The notes under the pieces: generated by a model
The model's input: only the letters and a program-made list of their open reading frames with translations
Told to the model about the DNA's origin: nothing
The model's database searches: none
Part shown: positions 46,793-56,137 of the stretch, piece after piece
Numbering within the stretch: position 1 is the first letter of the stretch
Layout: the number at the start of each line of letters is the position of its first letter
Translations under genes and position numbers: made by a program
Assembly (NCBI GenBank): GCA_038882715.1
Contig: JAVZNR010000009.1
Location: forward strand, 785 to 64,784
DNA: 64,000 nucleotides
Source: Candidatus Bathyarchaeia archaeon
GTDB lineage: Archaea > Thermoproteota > Bathyarchaeia > Bathyarchaeales > DTEX01
Reading direction: 5' to 3'

Positions 46793-47704
46793 TCACGCTG
46801 AAAAAACATTAGGCACAAACTTTTTGGCGGCTTCAACAAGCTCCTGCATCTTTGTTTTTGAGGGGGTCTTAAGGTTGCTCGCCGGGTAGTTGATGCCTAG
46901 CGCCCTGTACTTCACCTCTCCAAGTCGATGGAAGGGTAAGAGTTCAAGAAACAGCAAGTTCTTAAATGGCTGTATAAACTTAGCTATTGCCGCAACCTCT
47001 TCAGGCGAATCATTAATTGTTGGTATTATTGGGATGCGGATTATCAGAGGCTTATCGGTTTCAGCAAGCCTTCTCGCATTTTCAAGTATTATATCATTTC
47101 TTACCCCTGTCACCTTACGGTGAAACTCCGGGTCAATGTGCTTTATATCCATCATTACTAGGTCTGTTACGGAAAGAAGCTTCTCAAGAATCTCCCATTT
47201 ACAGTAGGCTGCGGTCTCAATAGCCGTATGAAGCCCCTCAGATTTGCATCTTTCAAGGAAAGTATATGAAAACTCATGCTGCACCATTGGGTCTCCGCCA
47301 GATAAAGTTACGCCGCCATTTGAAACCTCGTAAAACGGCTTATCCATTAAAACCACTTTAATTAAATCATCAACATCCATCCATCTGCCTACAAGCTGAA
47401 GAGCCCCAGAACAGCATCCTTCTACACATCGGCCACAGCTCTCACATCTATCCCTAAAGTAAGCGTGAACACCATTTTTTATCTCATGCGCGCTCTGAGG
47501 ACACACAGCCACGCAAGCGCCGCACCCAATACATTTCTCTGGATAAAACATTATTTCCTGCTTCAGCTTTATCCCCTCAGGGTTTTGACACCAGAAACAG
47601 CGAAGAGGACACCCCTTCAAAAAAACAGTTGTGCGTATGCCTGGGCCATCATGAACCGCGAAACGCTTTATGTCAAAGACTAAGCCTTTTACCACTAAAA
47701 CCAC
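46793..47704 (-). CDS. glycyl-radical enzyme activating protein (radical SAM with two auxiliary 4Fe-4S motifs)
   Basis: GIRTTVFLKGCPLRCFWCQNPE (CX3CX2C), CIGCGACVAVCP, and CESCGRCVEGC. Confidence 0.9.
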   Translation of the reverse strand: MVLVVKGLVFDIKRFAVHDGPGIRTTVFLKGCPLRCFWCQNPEGIKLKQEIMFYPEKCIGCGACVAVCPQSAHEIKNGVHAYFRDRCESCGRCVEGCCSGALQLVGRWMDVDDLIKVVLMDKPFYEVSNGGVTLSGGDPMVQHEFSYTFLERCKSEGLHTAIETAAYCKWEILEKLLSVTDLVMMDIKHIDPEFHRKVTGVRNDIILENARRLAETDKPLIIRIPIIPTINDSPEEVAAIAKFIQPFKNLLFLELLPFHRLGEVKYRALGINYPASNLKTPSKTKMQELVEAAKKFVPNVFSA

Positions 47705-47716
47705 CGTTTCTCGGCG

Positions 47717-49984
47717 CTAGGATTCCTCTGCAAGTATCCTGTCCACCACAAACTGCCTTAGATCTTTAGATAGGCTGGCGAAGTAAGCGCTGAAACCCGT
47801 AACGCGCACTATTAAATCAGGATATTTTGAGGGGTCTTTGTGAGCCTCAAGTATCTTCTCCTTGTCAATAACATTCAAGTTAATCATCGTTCCGCCTAGC
47901 TTGAAGTGTCCAAGTATAAGGGCTTTAACGACTTCACTGCCGTTTCTCCCCCTGTAAACTGTTGGATCAATGTCTAGCTGCAGCGGCGCAGTATTTCCAT
48001 ACCCGCATTGTACCGCTGCAACAGCTATAGCGAGCGACGTTGGGGTACCACCGAACCCTGGTTCAGGATTAGCCCCCTGCGATATCGGTGCGCCTGCGCG
48101 CCGCCCGTTCGGTGTCGCACTAACCCTTTGGCCCATAGAGAGCATGCTTGCCCAAGAAAAGAGCCCCGGAATAATGTTGTATCCTTTAGGCGTTGGCTTC
48201 TCTTTAACCAGTCGAACAAATGTTTTAGCGATTTTAACCGCCCATTCATCGGCGTGAGTCCCGCCTTGTCCATAATGCGGTATGTTACGCAGCATTAACC
48301 GGACATATTCATTCCTAAAGTTGTTTTTAAGCTCCTCGGCGAGATCCCTCCACGAAATCTTTTTCTCTTTTTCTACCCTTAATTCTATGGCGGCAAAAGA
48401 ATCGGCCACGGTGCCTATGCCAGCTCCATCCAAGCACAGATTATAGTACTCAACTCCCCCATTAGATGCGTCAAGGCCCTTCTCTATGGGGCCGTAGCAG
48501 AGAAGGTCTAACACCAGCTCGGGGAAAACTTTATGCATATTTTCCATGTGAAAATCTAGGCCCTCTCGAACAATATCTATGGCTTTCCTTAAATGCGCTT
48601 CGAAACGGCGCCACAGCTCTTCCACGCTCGGCTCAACATTTAGATCATTCATCATTTCCCAAAATGCAACCTCGAAGACTTTGGCAAAATTAATCTTAAC
48701 GCAGTCTTGCAGAGCATACTCTCTTCCCGGTATGGCGAACCAGTGGCAGCCGGAGTAGGCTCTTTCACGCGCAAGCTCAACTGGGTACCCATTTCTCATA
48801 AATCCCTCTATTAGAGCGTCACCTCCCAAGAATTTCGGGAAACCCATCTTATCCTCAAGCATTACTTCTACTCCCTTATCCAGGAGCTTAGGCTCCAACC
48901 CTTCCCAAACAAATATCCCTATGTTGGCTGGCGCTTTAAGCCTGTGAACAGCCTCTAAGACGAGATATGAGAGATTGTTTGTGACATCTCTACCATTAGC
49001 GTCCGGTCCACCAAGCTGATAATACTGCGTATCATTTAAAAACAGGCATGCGAGATGAAAAATGGCTTCCTTATCGGTTAATATGCCGGCGGCCACATCA
49101 CGCTCATAAAATGGTTTAAGCCATACATCGATTCTCCCCATGGAACCGCTTCCATTATACATTCGGGCAATCATCTGATACCAAGCCGTCCACTGGCAGG
49201 CTTCCCAGAATGTTCTAGGCGGCTCATTAATTAGCCGCTCATTCATGTCAGCCAGAGCCTTCAAATTCCTGCGTAAAGTTGGGTTTCTCTCTTTCTCAAC
49301 AAGCTCCCTAGCCGCCTTAACATGCCTAGCCATCCATTCCTGAACCCCGATAACTACGCTTTCCAATCCGTCGTAGAAATCCGCAGCCTGAGGGTTAATC
49401 TCCCTATAATAGCGTATTTTCTTAAGTAATCCTCCCCAACCAAGGTCAAAGCCTATCTGCATATCTTGGCAGAAATGCTGAACTGCGCCTACACCCGGAT
49501 AAATATCGTATTTACTCCAAGCCTCTACTAAATGCTGTGGCGGGGAAAGATCCGGATTCCAATGCGGGTTTCGGTAACTCATGAAATAGGCCATATAGCC
49601 GCCAAGTATAGAACTGAAAGGATTTATGTAAACTGGGTGCGCGGAAAGAAACAACCTAAAGTTTTCCCCACAAATCTTCGGCCCAAAGAACCCTCCACTT
49701 GGGTGATTGCTTAGGGGCTTAAAGTTATTTAGTTTCACATCTCTGACCAGTTCACCTGAAGGACCCATATATTCAACTATTTCTCTAAGCTCAGGCGGTG
49801 GGAGAAGCCTTCCATGATCATCCTGATCCATAATGCCGATAACTTTCTGCTTCTCACGCGTATGCTTCATCTTTATCTCTCGTAGAATCTCTAGCCGCTC
49901 GCTGAAAGTTAACTCTTCATCCAATTTATTCAGCCTTTCTAAAAACGTGCCGGAGTCCTCATAAACAATGATGTCGCTCCCCAT
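47717..49984 (-). CDS. glycyl radical enzyme (PFL2/dehydratase-like superfamily) with an atypical Cys loop
   Basis: C-terminal glycyl motif IVRVTGFSAYF. Candidate thiyl loop AYSGCHWFAIPG about 300 aa upstream. PRTFWEACQW and TNNLSYLVLEA are typical GRE blocks. ATG 49984 follows GGAGTGA. Confidence 0.88.
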   Translation of the reverse strand: MGSDIIVYEDSGTFLERLNKLDEELTFSERLEILREIKMKHTREKQKVIGIMDQDDHGRLLPPPELREIVEYMGPSGELVRDVKLNNFKPLSNHPSGGFFGPKICGENFRLFLSAHPVYINPFSSILGGYMAYFMSYRNPHWNPDLSPPQHLVEAWSKYDIYPGVGAVQHFCQDMQIGFDLGWGGLLKKIRYYREINPQAADFYDGLESVVIGVQEWMARHVKAARELVEKERNPTLRRNLKALADMNERLINEPPRTFWEACQWTAWYQMIARMYNGSGSMGRIDVWLKPFYERDVAAGILTDKEAIFHLACLFLNDTQYYQLGGPDANGRDVTNNLSYLVLEAVHRLKAPANIGIFVWEGLEPKLLDKGVEVMLEDKMGFPKFLGGDALIEGFMRNGYPVELARERAYSGCHWFAIPGREYALQDCVKINFAKVFEVAFWEMMNDLNVEPSVEELWRRFEAHLRKAIDIVREGLDFHMENMHKVFPELVLDLLCYGPIEKGLDASNGGVEYYNLCLDGAGIGTVADSFAAIELRVEKEKKISWRDLAEELKNNFRNEYVRLMLRNIPHYGQGGTHADEWAVKIAKTFVRLVKEKPTPKGYNIIPGLFSWASMLSMGQRVSATPNGRRAGAPISQGANPEPGFGGTPTSLAIAVAAVQCGYGNTAPLQLDIDPTVYRGRNGSEVVKALILGHFKLGGTMINLNVIDKEKILEAHKDPSKYPDLIVRVTGFSAYFASLSKDLRQFVVDRILAEES

Positions 49985-50169
49985 TTGACTTTGATTCACT
50001 CCTAATGGTTTTTACATTTATTTCTAGCAGGTTGGATATATTCGTTTCTCTCTAGTAGGAGGTAGAACTAAGTAGTTGAGAAGTAAAAATTTACATGAAA
50101 GTGACTGAGCGAGTATTAATGGATTCGAAATAATATCAGGAAAAGCAGGTAGATAAAAATAAAGGAAGT

Positions 50170-52050
50170 TTATGCGGGGTAGAATGTTCTCCAAATCGAT
50201 ATTATGCCGCCGACGAGTAGGAAGAATGTAAAGCCTATGAACACGCCTACAGCCAATGGGACGCCTTTCTCTTCGTATAGCTTTGACCCACCAATCCTAA
50301 ACGTTAGATATCTGAGTATTAGTGCAACCGGGGCAGCAGCTCCAGTTGGGAACCAGGGACCAATTCCGCCTAAATAAAGTCCAACCGGGTGCAGTGGGAA
50401 CCAGGCAAATCGCATCCTAAGCACGTATAGTATGGCGGCTAGTATGAAGCCGAATGAAGCGTATGGTAGAAGTCCGTTTGGCTCATATGGACTGGGAGAG
50501 GCGTTCATAGATGAAGGCCACAGCTGGTTTGGCCACCAGATCCCGTCTCCATGTATGGCGATTCTTGGGAAGCCGATAGTATAATAAGACCATAGTACGA
50601 TAGGTGTTGAAACAACTATGGCAACTAATGAGCCAATCACAAGCGCAGGGAAGAGACCTCTCAGATCCAAACCACGCTGATCAGCAACCTTAAGAGTATC
50701 AAGCGTATAAGCTAGTTTACCACCGACTGTCCCATAATGAATGTCGCTTGTCGTCATGTAAGTAAGATATATGGGAACCGAATAATTTGGTCCCTGTGCT
50801 ACTGCTACAGCCACGTCGTTAGTGGCGGTTACGTGCCGCCATAAAGCTTGGAACCATCCACAAAATCCATGAGCGCAAATTAACATTCCAGCTTCACCGC
50901 GGAGGTTTGCGAAAGCTAATAGGGAGATGATCACGTAGAGGAGACCCCAGAGCGATGTTATTAGACCCCCTCCACTAATCATCCAGAACGCTAATATAAT
51001 TATGAATGACACTATTAAAAGAACGTATGCCGATCTATATGATAGGAGATCACTTGGACCTGCAGGCTCGCCTTTAATTGCAGACTTAATCGTCTGCGCA
51101 ATATACTTGCGATCGAGAATTAAAGGTACTATAGCAAACGCTGGCCAAAAGCCCAAATAAGCCATAGCTCCAGGCTTCCAGTAAGTCCAAACCGAGGAAC
51201 CCCAATCAACAGCTGTTGCCGGGAATAAACCAAGAGTGTAAGCGATTGGCGGCAGTATTATATACATTAGAAGCCAGGTTATAGTAGCTGTTAAAAGTAT
51301 GTCTGTTGTGAGGAGATAGAACCAGGCCCATAGGAACGGCGCAAATGGGAACGATATATTGGCGCATGGTAGGGCGCCATTTAAATTGCCTAAGTTAATT
51401 TGACCAGGGAAGAAGCCACCAAAGGGTGGAGAATACCAGCCGTATATATCCGGAATTGATGGCCATCCTAAGTGCAGCCACCAAGGCACATAGTAAAGAA
51501 AGCATATAAGAGCCCCGATTAAGAAGAGTTTAGCCCGCTGAGGTTGCTGTTCTGCGCCTGTAATAGCAAGTTCAATAGTTATAGCTGCCATTTGACCGAA
51601 AGGATAAGGAAGTTTTCGCTCCGTTACAAGCCTTCTGCCAAGGATTGACACTATTGACAACGCGAAAAGAGTGTACAGCATAAAGAAGGTGGTCCAGAAG
51701 ATCATAGGCGCCATCCATGAACCCCAATCGACAGGTTGACCGCCTAAATACATTACTTCGCATACTTCTCTTGGTGGGGCCCAGAAGTATGGTATGTGTG
51801 CATCCCAGTCTGTTATGTAGGTTCTAATGCCTATCATGCCATTATAGTAGCACCAAGGGACAAAGTATCCGGCATGCGCCAAGGATATGGCGATCATACC
51901 ATAGAAGACCAGCAGCTGCTTTGGATTAATTTTTCTCAGATCGGGTATTACCCACGTCAACAAGAAGAAAAGTCCCATCAATAGTAAAGCTCCCGTAGGC
52001 ATCCCAACAACATTTTGCCCCATGCTGAACATGAGTCCACCGTACATCAT
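50170..52050 (-). CDS. large polytopic membrane protein (more than 12 TM helices) of unknown function
   Basis: 626 aa, almost entirely hydrophobic helices rich in W/Y/P. RMRFAWFPLHPVG motif near the C-terminus. Upstream of the GRE on the same strand. Confidence 0.7.
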   Translation of the reverse strand: MMYGGLMFSMGQNVVGMPTGALLLMGLFFLLTWVIPDLRKINPKQLLVFYGMIAISLAHAGYFVPWCYYNGMIGIRTYITDWDAHIPYFWAPPREVCEVMYLGGQPVDWGSWMAPMIFWTTFFMLYTLFALSIVSILGRRLVTERKLPYPFGQMAAITIELAITGAEQQPQRAKLFLIGALICFLYYVPWWLHLGWPSIPDIYGWYSPPFGGFFPGQINLGNLNGALPCANISFPFAPFLWAWFYLLTTDILLTATITWLLMYIILPPIAYTLGLFPATAVDWGSSVWTYWKPGAMAYLGFWPAFAIVPLILDRKYIAQTIKSAIKGEPAGPSDLLSYRSAYVLLIVSFIIILAFWMISGGGLITSLWGLLYVIISLLAFANLRGEAGMLICAHGFCGWFQALWRHVTATNDVAVAVAQGPNYSVPIYLTYMTTSDIHYGTVGGKLAYTLDTLKVADQRGLDLRGLFPALVIGSLVAIVVSTPIVLWSYYTIGFPRIAIHGDGIWWPNQLWPSSMNASPSPYEPNGLLPYASFGFILAAILYVLRMRFAWFPLHPVGLYLGGIGPWFPTGAAAPVALILRYLTFRIGGSKLYEEKGVPLAVGVFIGFTFFLLVGGIISIWRTFYPA

Positions 52051-52447
52051 ATATCCGCTTTGAAATGTAGACCACGCGGCGAAGAGCGCTGTAATGAGTA
52101 TACTTATAGCCCAGAACTTTGGAGTAAGGACCCTCTCAACTTTTTCTCCAGTCGTATAAGACCCCCCTTAGGGCATACAGATTTTAAAATATTAGTGTAA
52201 CACTTAATAAAGCTTTTCGTACTCTTCCATCTAAAAATTATTAATATCTAATAAAATTACCCGTCTTTTCTTAGAAAATTAAAGCCAGCAACTAAGATTC
52301 GCTCTCTTAAATGCTGCAGCGGTATGCGAATAGAGTTCCAATCCAGCTAATCTCAATACTTAATGCTTTCATCATTGACCTAAGAGAAAACTTTATTTTC
52401 ACTCAAAGTGTTTTAATAATGGCGAGAAAATTTAGAGGGTTATTTAT

Positions 52448-52972
52448 ATGAAGAAGAAAACTCGGCTTATGCTGATGGGATTGGGAATATCTGTTTTTGT
52501 CATAGGCTTAATTTTGCTCCAAGTATCAATGCCTTCTAAAGAGGAAAAAAAGATATTGAAAGAGAATTTAACTTTAATAATGCCGGGGAACTCAACATTA
52601 TCTATACCTATTGGTGTTGTAGAGCCAGGAGATAAAGTTGAGGTGAGGTTTGCTGCAACACAGGCAATAACATTAATGGTTGTGGAGAAAGAAAGTGGAA
52701 GAGCGATTGAGGGAATGATGGAGACTACGCGAGGGACATCATATACGGGGCAATACTCAAAGCTCGCGCCTATAACATATGATGTCGATAAACCAATGGA
52801 TTTAATACTGATTATTAGCATTCCTTCTGATGCCACCTATATCTCTACGAAATTAAGCTATGTCTCGGTTTATGTTCATCCGCCAACCATATATCCATAT
52901 ATTGATGTTGGAACGGTGCTAGCGACAGCTGGTGCGGCAATTATGATCATAAGTCTCATAAGAAGAAAATAA
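52448..52972 (+). CDS. hypothetical doubly anchored (N- and C-terminal TM) beta-rich protein, paralogue A
   Basis: N-terminal TM helix LMLMGLGISVFVIGLILL; PGDKVEVRF; C-terminal IYPYIDVGTVLATAGAAIMIISLIRRK. Confidence 0.6.
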   Translation: MKKKTRLMLMGLGISVFVIGLILLQVSMPSKEEKKILKENLTLIMPGNSTLSIPIGVVEPGDKVEVRFAATQAITLMVVEKESGRAIEGMMETTRGTSYTGQYSKLAPITYDVDKPMDLILIISIPSDATYISTKLSYVSVYVHPPTIYPYIDVGTVLATAGAAIMIISLIRRK

Positions 52973-53110
52973 TTAAAAATAACAGAGTTAAAATTAATTT
53001 TTGAGTTAAGTGAAAACTTTCGTAAAAACTATGATTTACTAATTTACTGATTCTAGATTTCTTTAGTCTTTAAACTTGAATTACCCTTGTAGTTTTCAAT
53101 ATTTTTGCAT

Positions 53111-53671
53111 CTATCGTTTTCGCCGAATAGCTATTCCTGTTGTGATTGCCACTATGCCTGCTATTATTGCCCCGATACCTTGTGTTAGGTATGGTGTATA
53201 GGCTGGCCCTATAATTGTTGCTTCGAATGTTACTAGTTTTATGGGGATGGGGTCTCGTGCTACGTATGCTTTGTTGTCTAGTATGAATTGGTATTTTCCG
53301 GGTTTCGGCGGATAGTATTCACCCCAAGTGGTATATCCGTCCTGGGAAGCATTCCAATAAAGAGATATTATGTTCTCGTATCCAGCTAGTCCGTATCGTC
53401 TTTCCGGAATTATCTCTCCCGTCTCACTGTTCACCAGCGTGATCAATATGTTTCTATGAATCGGGTCCTCAGCCCAAGTCCTAAAAGCCAGCTTAATCTT
53501 ATCGCCCTCCCCAATAAAGCCTAAATCCACAGTCTTAGTCGCATTAACCCACTGTCCAGAAGCATTAACCACCCTCACCCTCTGCTCAGTATAACCGGCC
53601 AAATAGACGCCGGCAGCAATAAAAGCGACACCAACCAGCAGCAAAACCAAAACCAAAGCCCCAGCCCTCAT
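53111..53671 (-). CDS. hypothetical doubly anchored beta-rich protein, paralogue B
   Basis: N-terminal TM helix ALVLVLLLVGVAFIAAGVYL; GEGDKIKLAF; C-terminal YTPYLTQGIGAIIAGIVAITTGIAIRRKR. The track start 53731 is probably too far upstream. Confidence 0.6.
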   Translation of the reverse strand: MRAGALVLVLLLVGVAFIAAGVYLAGYTEQRVRVVNASGQWVNATKTVDLGFIGEGDKIKLAFRTWAEDPIHRNILITLVNSETGEIIPERRYGLAGYENIISLYWNASQDGYTTWGEYYPPKPGKYQFILDNKAYVARDPIPIKLVTFEATIIGPAYTPYLTQGIGAIIAGIVAITTGIAIRRKR

Positions 53672-53792
53672 AAACCAACACCACAACCAAAAATACAGAG
53701 ACAAAAAATTAAAGCTTTCGCAAAGACTCATTCCAATCCCTTAAACAAAAAGCATTATTCTTTCTTCAAATTTTCCGAGATCTTATCATTAT

Positions 53793-54011
53793 TTATTGTT
53801 TTTCCTCGGTGGTTTTTCTCCACATTATGTATTCGGGTAAATAAAAAAAGACTATTATGCCGATGAACATTAGTAGTAATCCGGCTAACGCTATGGTTGG
53901 GTTCATTTTCTGAAATAGCAGATACAAGATAAAACCAAACATTACAATAAGCGAGGAGACCAATATTATCTTCCAGACGTACACATCGATCTTTTTAAAT
54001 CGCTTCAGCAT
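53793..54011 (-). CDS. small two-TM membrane protein (72 aa)
   Basis: Two clear hydrophobic helices; no motif recognised. Confidence 0.45.
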   Translation of the reverse strand: MLKRFKKIDVYVWKIILVSSLIVMFGFILYLLFQKMNPTIALAGLLLMFIGIIVFFYLPEYIMWRKTTEEKQ

Positions 54012-54088
54012 TTTAATTCATCCTTAAGGTATCTGTATCTTCTTCCACAATAAAAAAAGGAAGAGGAATTTTTAGTGTTGAAGGATCT

Positions 54089-56038
54089 CTAAATTTCTTT
54101 TGTTTTTCTGCCCAGTCTCGATAAGATGATGGCAACTAACGAGATAACTATCGCTATCCCTGCGATTCCCATAGACATGTTGGCAGCTGAAGTTGCCGCA
54201 TTTGCAGCTGCTGTTATTTGTGTGATCTTTTCTTCGTAGCCCTTGATCTTCTCATTTAAAGAGGAAACTTTTTCCTGGAGATCTTTTAGTGAGGCACTTA
54301 CTTCTTCTTCAGGAGAGATCCATCGTAGGTGATAATTCTCATGGACTGAGAGGTATAGGTATTCTCTAGGAACCCATTGTACTGCTTTGTATGGACCTGT
54401 GCCTATCGGTGGCCAGTTACTGTATGTTGCCGGGTCAGATAGAGTTGACCATATATGCTTCGGGAGTATCCATGCTGTTGTGAAATAATTCATTTGCCAG
54501 ATGGATTTGCTGTTTGTGTACACTACTATAGTATAGTTGTCTATTATCTCAGAGCGCTCATATATTGACTTTAATGGTAGGTATAATCTGTTAGCATGAG
54601 TTTGCTCCTTACACATAAAGTCGAAAGTAAATTTAACATCTTCGGCGGTGAATGGCTTTCCATCATGCCAAGTTGCGTTTGGAAATAAATAGAACGTTAT
54701 TTTGCTTCCTGCAGCTATTTCTTCCATTTTGTATGCGTAGGCAAGGGCGGCTACGAAGTCTGTCGGTACGTCGGGACCAAACTGCAGATAGAATAGTGGC
54801 TGATATATGTATTTGAAGTAGTTATGTTCGTATAGTGCTTCAGTCCATATCAGCGGGTTAAATGAGACAAACCAGTCGGATCCACCGCTTTGTGGTTTTT
54901 CAGCCGTAACCATTGTTTCATGTTCTGCGCTTACTGGAACAAGATTAATCACATCGAAGTAGCCGGCTGCCAGATCTCTTTTAGTATACCATCCGCTATA
55001 CATGTCAGTTCTCCACAACTCATAGCCTCCTCCCCCTGTCGGTATCATGTACGTGTATGCCATTTCCCAAATTCTACCTTGAATCGCTTTAGCCAATCGC
55101 TTCGCCGTCTCAATGTCACGGACATTCTCAAGATCTTCAATCAATTTATCGAGCACTGGGTCATTAACTCCCTGATAGTTTTGACATAGGGTGCCCGGAG
55201 GCGAATACATTGAAGAATGATAGAGGTTCTTGTAGGCTATTGGCAGATTGATTACGTCGAAAGATGGGTAATTGAAGAATATATGATAGTTCTTATCGTA
55301 GTATGTTAGTTTCTCACATTCAGCCCAACCGTGGAACTCGTATACAACTGAGAAACCAAGATTTTCCAATGCTCTCCCTAATGCCCTAGAAACTTCCATT
55401 CGCTCGGGGGAATATGATGGCGCAACTATAATTATGGGTTCCACCTCTTTTCCCTCAGGATCTAACCATTTTCCTCCAACTTTCTTAAATCCGTCCTGTT
55501 CAAGCGCTCTTACCGCCAAGTCTACGCTATACTCTGGGAACGTGCACGTTGTGTTAACCCAATCTTCTGATCCGCCCGCAGAGTATATAACTGGTCTCAT
55601 CACGTTAAGTCCGCCGCCCCACACGGTGTTCAATACCCAAGACCAGTCAATAAGATGGCCGACCGCTTTTCTAAAGCCTAAGAATTTCGTCGGGCTTCTT
55701 CTCACATTCATCCACAAGGCTCCTAGGGAGCCTATGTCGCCCATGGTTCTCACCATTATTATTCCTGGCTCAGTTTGAGCTCTTTCAAGATCCTCTGGGG
55801 TAGCGCCGAGCCGAGCAACCTTCTTCTTCCAGAACATTTCTCGCCATATCTCAGTAGGCACCAACCTATATATAAGGTCCTTTACTCCTCTAGGCCCGCG
55901 GATATGATCATCGCTAATGAAGTATTTTATCTCCGCCTGTTGTTCAGGTTTAATAAAAGTGCTTTCCAACGGCGATAATATGATCGTAGACAGCATTGTA
56001 AAAAGCGCTGCCAGAAGCAATATCTTTATCTTCTTCAT
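54089..56038 (-). CDS. family-5 solute-binding protein with C-terminal coiled-coil stalk and TM anchor, locus 3
   Basis: Signal helix, GTGPYKA, WHDGKPFTAEDV, C-terminal heptad-like LKDLQEKVSSLNEKIKGYEEKI, then a TM helix. Confidence 0.85.
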   Translation of the reverse strand: MKKIKILLLAALFTMLSTIILSPLESTFIKPEQQAEIKYFISDDHIRGPRGVKDLIYRLVPTEIWREMFWKKKVARLGATPEDLERAQTEPGIIMVRTMGDIGSLGALWMNVRRSPTKFLGFRKAVGHLIDWSWVLNTVWGGGLNVMRPVIYSAGGSEDWVNTTCTFPEYSVDLAVRALEQDGFKKVGGKWLDPEGKEVEPIIIVAPSYSPERMEVSRALGRALENLGFSVVYEFHGWAECEKLTYYDKNYHIFFNYPSFDVINLPIAYKNLYHSSMYSPPGTLCQNYQGVNDPVLDKLIEDLENVRDIETAKRLAKAIQGRIWEMAYTYMIPTGGGGYELWRTDMYSGWYTKRDLAAGYFDVINLVPVSAEHETMVTAEKPQSGGSDWFVSFNPLIWTEALYEHNYFKYIYQPLFYLQFGPDVPTDFVAALAYAYKMEEIAAGSKITFYLFPNATWHDGKPFTAEDVKFTFDFMCKEQTHANRLYLPLKSIYERSEIIDNYTIVVYTNSKSIWQMNYFTTAWILPKHIWSTLSDPATYSNWPPIGTGPYKAVQWVPREYLYLSVHENYHLRWISPEEEVSASLKDLQEKVSSLNEKIKGYEEKITQITAAANAATSAANMSMGIAGIAIVISLVAIILSRLGRKTKEI

Positions 56039-56090
56039 TACTCCACCTTCTTCAAGAAAAATTTAAGGAGAAACATTTATAAGATTTTAG

Positions 56091-56111
56091 GAAAATTTTA
56101 TAAAAATTTTC
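56091..56111. promoter_or_regulatory. perfect AT-rich palindrome GAAAATTTT-ATA-AAAATTTTC in the divergent SBP/permease promoter of locus 3
   Basis: Read directly from the sequence; 9-bp arms. Confidence 0.35.
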
Positions 56112-56137
56112 TGACAAAGATACCGTAGGTAGTCATA

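Noticed and set aside
47970-48298. Cluster of overlapping 82-96-aa ORFs on both strands inside the GRE gene
   Set aside because: This is a GC-rich stretch of a gene with unambiguous GRE homology in another frame, so these are typical shadow ORFs.
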